A DNA stretch of 64,000 bases from an uncultured Planctomycetota bacterium (lineage in GTDB: Bacteria > Planctomycetota > Planctomycetia > Isosphaerales > Isosphaeraceae): the NCBI GenBank assembly GCA_963845755.1, contig CAWJTV010000020.1, forward strand, positions 672,001 to 736,000, in the 5' to 3' direction. This document shows positions 46,542 through 56,249 of the stretch, piece by piece. A program made the position numbers and the translations under genes. Positions within the stretch are counted from its first letter, which is position 1. Each line of letters starts with the position of its first letter. The notes under the pieces are model-generated. The model ran no database searches and had not been told where the DNA came from. It worked only from the letters and a program-made list of their open reading frames with translations.

Positions 46542-48118
46542 ATGATCACCCTCGCGGACCCACTCCCGGACGACCTGGAGGCGGCCCATCAGCTCATCCG
46601 TGAGCTGCTCAAGTCGCTCGCCCAGCAGGTCCATCTCAACGAGAAGCTCCAGCACCAGCTCGAGCAGCTCCTCCGCCAGCGCGACGGTCCCAAAGGGGAG
46701 CGGATCGACCCGGCCCAGCTCTTGCTCTTCGCCCGGGAGATCCTGGAGCAGGCCGAGGCGGCGCCGACACCCGCCCCGACCCCGGAGCCGGCCCCGGCCC
46801 CGACGCCCGCTCCGAGTGCGGCCCAGAAGAAGGGCCACGGACGCAAGCCGTTGCCGGCGAGCCTGCCCCGAGTGCCGGTCTTGCACGACGTCCCGCCCGA
46901 ACAACGCACTTGCCCCGACTGCGGCGCCGACGCGCACCTGCATCGGCCGGGAAGTCCGCGAGCAACTCGAATTCATCCCCGCCCGCCTGGTCATCCTCGA
47001 ACACATCCGCCCCAAGTACGCTTGCCAGGACTGCCAGGCCAACGTCGTGATCGCCGACGTGCTCCCCGAGCCGATCGACAAGGGCCTGCCAGGCCCGGGG
47101 CTGCTGGCTTACGTCGCCGTCAGCAAATATGCCGATCACTTGCCGCTCTATCGCCTCGAGGGAATCCTCGATCGCTCGGGCGTCGAGTTGTCGCGGTCGA
47201 CGATGTGCGACTGGATGGCCACGATCGCCGATCTGCTCAAGCCGATCGTCGATCTGATGCTGAAGAAGATCCTCAGCTCCAGGGTCGTCCAGAACGACGA
47301 CACGACGGTGCCGGTGCAGGACCACGACGGCAAGGGGATCAAGACCGGCCGGCTCTGGGTCTCCGTCGGCGACCGCGGCCATCCTTACGTGGTCTATCGC
47401 TACACGCCGGACCGCAGCGCCACCGGGCCCCGGGAGATCTTCAAGGACTTCCAGGGTTATCTCCAGGCCGACGCCTATTCGGCCTACGACGGCCTGTACA
47501 AGTCGGGCGAGATTATCGAGGTCGGCTGCATGATGCACGCGCGACGGAAGTTCTACGAGGCGCGGACCGTTCGACCCGCAACGGTCCCATCAGGCGCTGG
47601 CATGGATCAGCCTGCTCTACGACGTCGAACGCGACGCCAAGAAGCGCGCGACCGCGGACTACGAGGCCTTCGTCGCGTTCCGGCACGAACTGCGAAACGA
47701 GCGATCGCGTTCGATCTTCGACAAGTTTCACGCCTGGCTGGAAGCCGAGCAGCCCAAGGTTCTGCCCAAGAGTCCGATCGGCGAAGCGATCCAGTATGCC
47801 TTGAACCATTGGGAGGCCCTGAAGCGTCCGTTGGAGGCCGGGTTCCTCGAACTGGACAACGGTGCGTGCGCGTGCGCGTTCAAGCCCGTGGCGCTGGGAC
47901 GGAAGAACTGGTTATTCGCGGGGAGCGACCAGGGAGGCCAGACGGCGGCCGTGTTGATGAGCTTGTGCACGACCTGCAAGAATCTGGGGATCGACCCCCA
48001 GGCTTACCTCCGCGATGGGCTCGATCGGATCAGCACGCACCCGGCGAAGCGGATCGACGAACTGCTGCCGGACCGCTGGCAGGAGTTGCACCAGGCCGGC
48101 GCCGACGGGACTGAGTGA
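46542..48118 (+). CDS. tnpC: IS66 TnpC transposase (frameshifted)
   Basis: CPDCG, RPKYACQDC, KYADHLPLYRL, NDDTTVPV, YLQADAYSAY, CMMHARRKF, LDNG...GRKNWLFAGS. Confidence 0.93.
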
Positions 48119-48474
48119 CCGCACCCGAGCCCCGCGCTCCTCGTCACCCCGGACGAGCGCGGGGCGATTGCGCGCGCCCTCAAGGTTTGTCCCGCCCCAA
48201 GTTCGTCTCGGCCCGGCGCGAGCGCGGGATGATCGCGTGCGCCGAGCACAGTGAAAGAATCAAGACGGTGCCCCGAACATCATCTCACGCCCGTGAACCG
48301 CTTTGAAGATGTGGTTCACCGGACGCACTCGACCAGTTTGTATGCTCTGGCGGTCGGATGCGGGTCTCCGGCACGTCCGAGTGTGACCTCGGCTCATGCG
48401 GGAATTCAGACGCATGACGCTGCGAGGATGTTCGCGCCAGGGAAGATTATTTGAGACAGGCCGTGGCCTGAGCC

Positions 48475-49536
48475 TCACTCGGCCGCCCTCGCCGAAAGTA
48501 CGGGCTCCGTCGCTTCATGACGGCCGTTCTGATAGACGGCTCGCTCGGCGGTCGCTGAGAACGTTCTCACAGCCGGCGTTGACGTGGTCCGGCCAGGAAT
48601 CCACGCTTCCACAACCCGTCTCACCGCTTCGGCGGGCAGGAACGACGCACAGCCGACCAGCATGATGAGCCCGAACGTCCACATTCCGAGGCAGGCACCG
48701 ATCCCGATGTGGAGCGCAACCCCCAAGGTGAGGACGAGAGGCCGCAGTCTCGGCACCCAGATCAGGGCGCAAAAAGACAATTCCCAGAGGACCGAGACGT
48801 GAGTCATGAAATCCAGGAGCCGTGGGTGCCAGGCGAGCCAGGTCATGTCGATCGACTGGTACTCCAGGTTGGCGAACGCCCGCCACATCGCCTCGCCATT
48901 CCACCAGGCCGGGCCCTGGAGCTTGGAAATGCCGGCGAAGAAATAGATGACGCACATGTGGACGTTGATCAGTCGCAACCCCAGGTTTGCTCCGGCACTC
49001 GGCGCCGGACGCCCGGCCGGGGCCCCGCTCCGTCGTAGGGCCAGCCAGCGATCCAGCGAGAGCGCCGCTCCGCTGGGTCCGATGGTCAGGTACAGGGTGA
49101 GCATCGCGTTGATCTGGTCGAGACCGAACGTGGCCGCCGGAACCCGGTGCGCGAAGGAGAGCGTGACCACCAGCGCCAGGATCGAGGTCACGCGCGTCCA
49201 CAGGCCGAACGTGAATAACGCGAGGACGACCATCGAAAGGCCCCAGGCGATCCAGATCCACCCTTGGGGAACGAGCCACCAGAAGGAATAGATGTACGAT
49301 CCTTGCTGGAGCGTTCGCACGAGACGTTCGCTCAGCCAGCTCCCTGGTCCGAAGAAATCGCCCAGCACCAGGCCCCAGACCGCGTGCGTGTAGAGCAGCA
49401 TCAAGCCCGTCAGGACGCGCAGAACTCCGAGGAGTGTCGGGTCGGCCGGGGTAAACCAGAAGGCATTCCACGCCTCCGCCGTCGCCTGGGCGGACTCTTC
49501 CACATAGCGGAAGACCGGGTTCAGTAACCTTCGCAT
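48475..49536 (-). CDS. HTTM-domain membrane protein (SdpB / gamma-carboxylase-like)
   Basis: WNAFWFTPADPTLLGVLRVLTG, FTFGLWTR, FGLDQI, ALSLDRW, IYFFAGISKLQGPAWWNGEA, LHIGIGACLGMWTFGLIML. Confidence 0.88.
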   Translation of the reverse strand: MRRLLNPVFRYVEESAQATAEAWNAFWFTPADPTLLGVLRVLTGLMLLYTHAVWGLVLGDFFGPGSWLSERLVRTLQQGSYIYSFWWLVPQGWIWIAWGLSMVVLALFTFGLWTRVTSILALVVTLSFAHRVPAATFGLDQINAMLTLYLTIGPSGAALSLDRWLALRRSGAPAGRPAPSAGANLGLRLINVHMCVIYFFAGISKLQGPAWWNGEAMWRAFANLEYQSIDMTWLAWHPRLLDFMTHVSVLWELSFCALIWVPRLRPLVLTLGVALHIGIGACLGMWTFGLIMLVGCASFLPAEAVRRVVEAWIPGRTTSTPAVRTFSATAERAVYQNGRHEATEPVLSARAAE

Positions 49537-50102
49537 CGGAACGTCCCCAAGGACTCCTCTTCGTAACTCTCCGGATCCGACAGGCGTCCGCCGTCGCGGA
49601 CGCGCTCCATGGTCGGCAGGTTGTGCGTCTGCTGGAACAGCGTTACCTGAGTTGCGCCGAACTTCCGGCCGATGTGTTGAGCATACGAATCATACCACAA
49701 AGGCTCGAGCTCCTCCGACGCGTCGTTCATGTGCTCCGTCAGCATGAAGTAACGGTGATAAAGCAGCCGGGGTTGCGTCGCGCGATCGGGGATCCGGCCG
49801 TGGACGACTGTGCCATCCGGGCGCTCCGCGACATATCTCAGGAGTGTGCTCTCCGCCGGCTCGGGGGCGAAGAAGTGGTATCCATGGTCGAGATACAAGA
49901 GTTCGATGTACGGCTGGAACCAACCCCACGTTTCGCGGATCAGGTCGGATGACGGCTCCACTACGGCCGGGGCGATGATCACGGCGGCAACGTGAAAGAT
50001 CAGCCAGAAATTCAGCAGCCTCCGGAGAAAACGGGGACTCGGCCAGGAGACGGGTATGGCTTCTCCGGGAATGACCAGCTCGGGATCCCTGACGTTGTTC
50101 AC
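49521..50102 (-). CDS. SdpA/DUF5819-like membrane-anchored protein
   Basis: One TM with FHVAAV; FQPYIELLYLDHGYHFFAPEP resembles the (W/Y)xxFAPxP motif. The stop overlaps the HTTM start; GTG start after GAGGTG. Confidence 0.65.
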   Translation of the reverse strand: MNNVRDPELVIPGEAIPVSWPSPRFLRRLLNFWLIFHVAAVIIAPAVVEPSSDLIRETWGWFQPYIELLYLDHGYHFFAPEPAESTLLRYVAERPDGTVVHGRIPDRATQPRLLYHRYFMLTEHMNDASEELEPLWYDSYAQHIGRKFGATQVTLFQQTHNLPTMERVRDGGRLSDPESYEEESLGTFRCEGY

Positions 50103-50197
50103 AAACTCACCTCGCTCTCCCAGTACCAGAAGGAGAAACGGCCCGGGAAGACGCACGAAGTGGTCTGCCCGGGACGTTTCGCCCTTGACCCACATTG

Positions 50198-50213
50198 TGC
50201 CAGCCCGCTGGCA
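50198..50213 (-). terminator. Short hairpin after the precursor gene (possible attenuator)
   Basis: TGCCAGC-cc-GCTGGCA about 30 bp downstream of the precursor stop; no clear U-tract. Confidence 0.3.
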
Positions 50214-50240
50214 GAGGCCCAGGGACGGCAATCATTCAGT

Positions 50241-50678
50241 TCAATACGAGCCGCCGGAACCCCAAACGGGACCGGTGCTGTACGAAGCCCCACCGCTCGA
50301 GCCGCCGCTCGAACCCTGGCTACGCTTGTGCTTGCTCATGAAGCCGCCACTGGATCCACCGCTCGAACCCTGGCCACCATGATGCTTGCTGAAGAAGCCG
50401 GCGGAGCTGCCGCCGCTCGAACCTCCGGAAGAACCACCGCTGGAACCGTGGCCGAGCTTGTGCTTGCTCATGAACCCGCCGCCGCTCGAGCCGTGGCCGA
50501 GCTTGTGCTTGCTCATGAACCCGCCGCCGCTGGAACCACCACCACCGCTGGAACCACCACCACCGCTGGAACCGCCACCACTGGAACCGTGGCCAGCGAA
50601 GGCCGTCCCTGTCCCGCAGAACAGGACCATGGCGCTCAGGGCAGCGCCGGTGAAGAAGAACCGACGAAACGTGCTCAT
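50241..50678 (-). CDS. Exported Gly/Ser-rich repeat protein (145 aa), putative precursor peptide
   Basis: AAGGAG RBS; signal peptide MSTFRRFFF...TAFA; mature region of GSSGG repeats with four F(M/F)SKH(K/H) units. Confidence 0.8.
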   Translation of the reverse strand: MSTFRRFFFTGAALSAMVLFCGTGTAFAGHGSSGGGSSGGGGSSGGGGSSGGGFMSKHKLGHGSSGGGFMSKHKLGHGSSGGSSGGSSGGSSAGFFSKHHGGQGSSGGSSGGFMSKHKRSQGSSGGSSGGASYSTGPVWGSGGSY

Positions 50679-51248
50679 GGGAACTCCTTGTGAGTTGCGA
50701 ACCGCTCTTGATGAAAACGCCAGGTAACTCCCAGGGCGTATCCGGCCCCGCCTGCCCGTCTTGTACCTCGTCACGTGCCTGCGATAACCTCCGAATCAGG
50801 TTAATTTCAGGACGTCCGATTCAAGCCAGGACCGGCACCCTTGGGGTGCACCGTTCAGCCCAGACCCGCAAATCAACGCCGCCCTCAAGGAGTGAGGAGC
50901 CGAACCATGGAGTCTCCCTCTGATAAGAACAGTAAACTGTTCGCTCTACAGAGACTGTTGGGTCTGTGAAGGCTGGTCGGTAAAAAGATACTGGATAATT
51001 TGGGAAAATCAAATAGTTAATGTCAACTTGGCAGAACTAAGACTCTCTCCTGCCTCTCTTCCACTCCTGGGCTGGCAAAGTAAGACCAGGTAGGCAATGT
51101 AAGCTAAATGTGAGGGGACTGGATCCGTTCGCGTGAACTGGCGTTGAGTCGCACGATTTCGCCCATTCGATTGGCTTCACGTTCTTGGAATCCGAATCGA
51201 GCCGTGCGGGGACGTAAGGCGGCACTGCGTTCTTCACGAACACCGTTC

Positions 51249-51284
51249 TTGACGAACACTGTTCGTTACAATAAACTGTTTGGC
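51249..51284 (+). promoter_or_regulatory. tetR promoter with a palindromic operator, probably leaderless
   Basis: TTGACG-17 bp-TAAACT, ending 7 nt before the ATG; perfect palindrome ACGAACA-c-TGTTCGT at 51252-51266. Confidence 0.65.
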
Positions 51285-51378
51285 ATGAGCGACAGAATCC
51301 CTCGCGAAATCATCAGCCGCCGGAACCGGCCAGCGAAGGCTCCCTTGAGCCGGGACATTATTGTTTCGACAGCACTAG

Positions 51379-54320
51379 TGCTCTGTCACAGCTTAATTTT
51401 GGGGTAGATCGACTTCAATTTGGAGCGGGCATCGTCGATCTTCATCTGCCAATCCACTCCGCGCTGGGTGCTGTTGACGTCGGTTGACCAAGCGGTGGTC
51501 TCCACTCGCAGCGCCTGGGCATCACCGAAGCGGCGGCCGGCTATACACTGCCGCGTCAACGAGCTGAGCTCGTTCTCGGCGATGTTCAGCCAACTGCCGT
51601 GCTTGGGGGTGTAGCAGAACTCGATGCGGCGGACCAACTGGCGAGCACGGGGCGGTGCAAAGACTTCGTAGAAGGCACCCTTGGTGTGCGTGTTCAAGTT
51701 GTCGCATACCACGATCACTCGCTCGGCACTGGCATAACGGCCCTCCAACAGCGCGGCCATCTCGATCGCCCAGTCGACCTTGGTCTTGGTATCCCGGACG
51801 GCCACCTCGCGCCAGCCCGCCAGCGGCTCGGTGAACATAAAGATGTTCGCCGTCCCGGCACGCTCGTATTCGTAGTCGAACGCGCTTGGCGTGTCGGCGC
51901 GTGGCAGGGATCGGCACGCGGGACTCCTTCAGCAATTGCACCGGCTGTTCGTCCATGGACAGGATCGGCCGCATCGAGTCGTAAGGCTTGGCGTAGGTCT
52001 CCAGCACCTCTTCCATGTGGGCCACGAACTCGCCGTCGGCCTCGGGCGGGATGACCCAGTACTCGATCTTGCGGTTGGTCATCCCGTTTTTTTCTAGGCT
52101 GGCAAAGTTAGCTGGAGGCAGCGGTGCTCCAAGTCCTTGAGGTAGGCCTCGGGATTGTGGCGGAACCGGCGTTGCTTCCGCCGCGATTCCCGCCGCACCT
52201 CCAGTTCCGCGCCAGTTCCTTCCAATCCTCAACATAGCCCGGGCTCAACACCAAGCCTTCGTCCGGCCGCAGCCGCGTCGCCAGCCCCGAGATCACCCGC
52301 GCCGAGCCCATCACCACCAGGCCCGGCGACCCCCGACGCCGACCGCTGGCCCGGCGCTCGTGGTAGCGATGACTGCCGAAGGTGTGCTCCAGGTCGTTAT
52401 TCGTCCGCGGCAGATCCGACGACTCGTAGCAGGCAAACAAGCCCGGCCAGTAGCTCCGGGTCACCTTCACGAACTGCTTCAAACCCGCCCGCACCGTGGG
52501 CTCGGTCTGTCGTCGCCGCCGCCCGGCGCATCCGCGCCAGCAGTTGCACCAGCCGCCGCCGCACTTTCTTCGCCGGCAGCCCCTCCTCGTTCTTGAGGAT
52601 CCGGGCGGCGCCGCTTGACCCATTGGTACGACTCCCGCACCGCCGGGAACAGCGCGGCCGTCTCCTCCAGCCCGCGCCGCAGCAATTGCCTCAGCCGTTT
52701 CAAGCCCCCGGGCAGGTCGCCCGCCGTGGCGACGACATGGTCCAGGCTGGCGGCAATCCGGCTCAATCGATCCTGCCGCTTCAGCCCGGAGGCCGACAGC
52801 GGTGGCAGTCCGTCGTCGGTCAAGGCCCCGCGCACCGCGGCGCAGTAGTCCCGCACCACCTCCGCCTCCGCGTCCTCCGCGTCGTCCTCCAGCGTCCTTC
52901 TCCGCCGCACGCTCGATCTTCCGGATGCCCCGCACCCGCTTCTTCAACTCTTTCTTGGCGTGGCGATCCGCCTCGTAGATCGGCTTGGCCGCCTCGCGGA
53001 GGTAGTGGAAATGGCAGAGCTGATGGGGGACACCTTTGAGGGCCATAGCCACGGCGTTGCGGATGCTCTCCTGACCGTCGGAGACCACGCCGGTGATCGG
53101 CACCGGCAGGGCCTTCCGCACCTGGTCGATCAGGCCGGCCAGGTCCTGGGCCGTGGACGACAGCAGGCTCTTGGCCAGGAGGATCTCGCCGGAGAGGCAG
53201 TCGCGCAGCACCCAGAGGACCTCGTGGCCGACATCCGGCTGCAGGCCGTCGATGGCCAGGATGACGCGGCCCTGCGGGCGCAACAGCGGACCGAGTCGCT
53301 GGGGATCGGCCGTGGCCAGGGACCGCAGCTCGTCGTAGCGGTCCAACAGGTTGGTGACGGTGCGTTCGGCCAGGATGAGCCCGCGGTGCGTGAGCTCGCG
53401 GTGGATCTCGGGGATGCTGCGGTGCTCGGCATAGCGGAGCCGGCCCACCAGGGCCATGACGTCGAGGCCGAACTCGTGATAGGGCAAGGCGAAGTGGGGC
53501 TCAGCCTCGGGGCGGTAGGGTCGGAGGAAGCGGGAGCAGGCGGGATTGGGGCAGCGTCGGATCGTCAGGGTCAGCCGGAAGACGCCGTCGAGGGTGCTGA
53601 TGGTGCGAAAGTTGTTGTAGTCGGCACCGGTCCGGTGCCGGCACTCGGGGCAGTTCAAGAGGACCGGGGTGAGGGTTAGGTCGCGATCGGGTTGCGGTCG
53701 AGGTCGTCGTCGTTTGTGGTTGCGCATGGAAAGCCTCCTCTGCTCTGTTCTGTTCTTACGTCCATTATACCAAGCCGAGGGGCTTCCCAGCTACTTTTGC
53801 TATCCTAGTTTTTTTCAGAGTCCGCCGCACCGTCTCGTAACTGACGGTTTCGACGATCCCCAGTTCCACCACCTTTCGAGCTAAGAGCCGCAGCGTCCAG
53901 TTGGCATAACCCGGGGGCGGTGACCCGAGCCGTGTGGCGATGATCTTCGCCTCCTGTTCGCCGTTGAGTCGCTTCTCGACCGGCGGCATCTGGCGCCTGC
54001 TGCGGTCCAATGCCTCTCGAAAGCCGTACTCCACGAGACGCTGACGAATGTTCTCGACGGTCTGCGTTCGGCATCCGAACGCCTCGGCGATGCGACGATC
54101 GGTCCAGTTCGGACCGTCCGCATCGGCCTTGAACAGGATCTGGGCGCGTCGAACCTTCTCGCTGGTTCCCTTCAACTTCTTGATCACGGCCGCCAACTCG
54201 TCCCGTTCCTCAGCCGTAAGCCGGACAATGTACTTCTTGTTCATGGGGGCCTCCTTGTTCCCCGTATCATCCACGGTCGCGGAGGTTTCCCCAACCCCAA
54301 TTTTTAGCTGTGACAAAGCA
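51379..54320 (-). mobile_element. IS630-family element (OrfA 54244-53817, OrfB to 51386), interrupted
   Basis: TIRs TGCTCTGTCACAGCTTAATTTTGGGGT / TGCTTTGTCACAGCTAAAAATTGGGGT with CTAG on both sides; MNKKYIVRLT...WTLRLLA; MDEQPVQL, VCDNLNTH, YTPKHGSWLNIAENE. Confidence 0.93.
52095..53807 (-). mobile_element. IS with a CxxH-type (IS256/Mutator-like or ISNCY) DDE transposase, nested in IS630
   Basis: TIRs TAGGCTGGCAAAGTTAGCTGG / TAGGATAGCAAAAGTAGCTGG; 9-bp TSD GTTTTTTTC at 52086-52094 and 53808-53816. Transposase 53727-52108 has LAIDG, VVSDG, HQLCHFH, RTNNDLE. Confidence 0.85.
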
Positions 54321-54972
54321 CTAGTCATTCTTGAGAAAGACGGCCTTGCCGGATTGAGCCTTCGGCGAGTTGCGACCGCATTGGATACTGGCGCGGCATC
54401 GCTTTATGTCTACCTGGCAAATCTCGACGAGCTGTATGCCCTGATGCTCGACGAAGCACTGGCGGCGGTCAAATTGCCCGAAGCTCTCGACCTACCCTGG
54501 CGGGATCGGTTGAAGACAATTCTCCTATCATATTTCTATGTTCTCAATGAACGGCAGGGCTTGGCTCAACTTGCCATGTCGACAATTGCCACTGGCCCCA
54601 ATTCACTGCGCATTTGGGAACGCCTCCTTGGTATTCTCAAGGAGGGCGGAGTGGATGATGTACGAGCCGTTTGGGTTGTAAACCTGTTACTCTTGTACGT
54701 CACGGCCATTGTCGCCGAACAGAGCAATTGGCGCGCGATTGGCCAAGACCTTGGGCGAGTGAAGAGCGCGTTATCTAATATATCTGTGGAGCAGTTTCCC
54801 ATCGTATCCGCGCTTTTTCGGGGGGGAATTCTCTCAGGCGGTGGCGACAGCGAAAGCCGCGTACTGTGGGCGCTCGATGTCATCATCAACGGCATCAAGG
54901 CCGACCACGCGCCGCCGCCTCGTATCGCCACGTAACGAAGACCACCGAGTACACGAACTCTGGAGAACTCCC

Positions 54973-55118
54973 GTGAAGCAGTCCGCGCCCACCGCAATCG
55001 CCGACTTCGATCGAGCCTATCGTTTCCCCTTCACGTTCTGGGGCGACATTCGCATTCCCAAGGAGGTCGAAGCACTGTTCAGTTGGAACCTGCGGGCAGC
55101 GTCCTGGAACTGGGATGT
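54973..55118 (+). pseudogene. N-terminal fragment of a class I SAM methyltransferase
   Basis: DFDRAYRFPFTFWGDIRIPKEV, then after a 1-base shift EPAGSVLELGC (motif I), where similarity stops. Confidence 0.55.
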
Positions 55119-56236
55119 CTTACTGCCGGTGGCGGTAGCTCGACGTTCCGATCCGCTGGAGCCGTGTAGATGCCTGGCTTGCCATCGATCGTGTAGACGA
55201 TAATCAAGGTCTTCTTGACCCCGAAGTCGGCGTCGGGTTGGAAGTCGTATTCGGGGGAGGCGACCTTCAGTCGGTTCTCACGGACGAGGTTCCGGGCTGG
55301 CACCGTGATGTCGTTCCATTGATCGCCTACGCCGATCTCTGCGCGGATAATGTGAAATCCCCGAGGGTCGCTGGTCTCGGAGTCACCGAGATTGGCGCGG
55401 TCGGCCTCTGCAACGATTTCCTGGCGCCTGGCGGCGTCCTTCTTCGAGATCGCCTTGCTCGCTCTGTCAAGTTCTTCGAGATACTTGCGACGAGTCATTT
55501 TAATGTCGTTGTCGTAACGCTCGTTCAGCTTTTTGAGGGAAGCCTGGAACGTGCCCCGCGCCGCCTGCAACGCAGGGGTGTGCGGTGGTTCGGCCGTCTC
55601 GAGTGGTTCGATCCGGACTCTGACAAAGATCGGCCAGCGGTGGTCCGACTTGAAGTCAAACCACACGACATACTCCTTCCCCGCCTGAAGCTTGCGGCCA
55701 TAGAGTCGATAATGCGTCCAGAGATTCGGCTGCGGAAGGTCGAGGCCGGGGATCGTGACGTTCATCTTGTCTGAGGGATAGGTAAACATCATATCTTCGC
55801 CGTTGACTTCCACGATACCGAGCGCTCGGAACGGCTGATCCTCGAAGCTTTCGCCTGAAACAGCGAACGACCAGAACAGTTGATACGTTCGACCCGCCGA
55901 AGGAACGCGAAAACGGAACGCGTCGAAGCCGCCGCCACGGGCATTCATCGTCACTTTCGCGTATCGTGCCTTGCCGCCGACCATCGCCGGGATCTCGGCG
56001 AATGACGCACGATACTGGGAGACCAGCGCCTTGAACTCCTGTTCCGCCGCGACCCTGGTCGACTGATCCTGAAGGTTGCTGATCCGTAAGCGGAATTCAT
56101 GGGCTTTGGCAAGGGCCGCTCTCACCTCGCGAGGGCCGCGATTGCTCTGTTTTTTCGGGACCTGGCCCACGCTATTCGAGGCGAACACCAGAGAGGCCGT
56201 CGTCACCAGGGCGAGCGTCTTGTGAGTTACCGACAT
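55079..56236 (-). CDS. Secreted protein with a C-terminal SUEL/DUF3395-like lectin domain (paralog A; 3' end uncertain)
   Basis: Signal peptide; GFDAFRFRVP; coiled coil; FHIIRAEIG...DIT...DADFGVKKTLIIVYTIDG. Confidence 0.65.
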   Translation of the reverse strand: MSVTHKTLALVTTASLVFASNSVGQVPKKQSNRGPREVRAALAKAHEFRLRISNLQDQSTRVAAEQEFKALVSQYRASFAEIPAMVGGKARYAKVTMNARGGGFDAFRFRVPSAGRTYQLFWSFAVSGESFEDQPFRALGIVEVNGEDMMFTYPSDKMNVTIPGLDLPQPNLWTHYRLYGRKLQAGKEYVVWFDFKSDHRWPIFVRVRIEPLETAEPPHTPALQAARGTFQASLKKLNERYDNDIKMTRRKYLEELDRASKAISKKDAARRQEIVAEADRANLGDSETSDPRGFHIIRAEIGVGDQWNDITVPARNLVRENRLKVASPEYDFQPDADFGVKKTLIIVYTIDGKPGIYTAPADRNVELPPPAVRHPSSRTLPAGSN

Positions 56237-56249
56237 GTCTTCGCCCCTT

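Larger units (their letters stand above)
43080..48330 (+). mobile_element. IS66-family element (tnpA-tnpB-tnpC), interrupted in tnpB
   Basis: 33-bp imperfect TIRs: GTGTCCGTCCGGTGAAGTGCATCTACAAAGCGG versus the reverse complement of the right end, GAGTGCGTCCGGTGAACCACATCTTCAAAGCGG. No 8-bp TSD seen. Confidence 0.88.
51285..54935 (+). pseudogene. TetR/AcrR regulator (TetR_C type) split by IS630
   Basis: MSDRIP...LSRDIIVSTAL (51285-51377) joins VILEKDGLAGLSLRRVATALDTGAASLYVY (from ~54324). Confidence 0.9.

Noticed and set aside
49992..50727. Plus-strand Ala/Thr- or Pro-rich ORFs
   Set aside because: Antisense shadows of the Gly/Ser precursor, which has the RBS, the signal peptide and the operon context.
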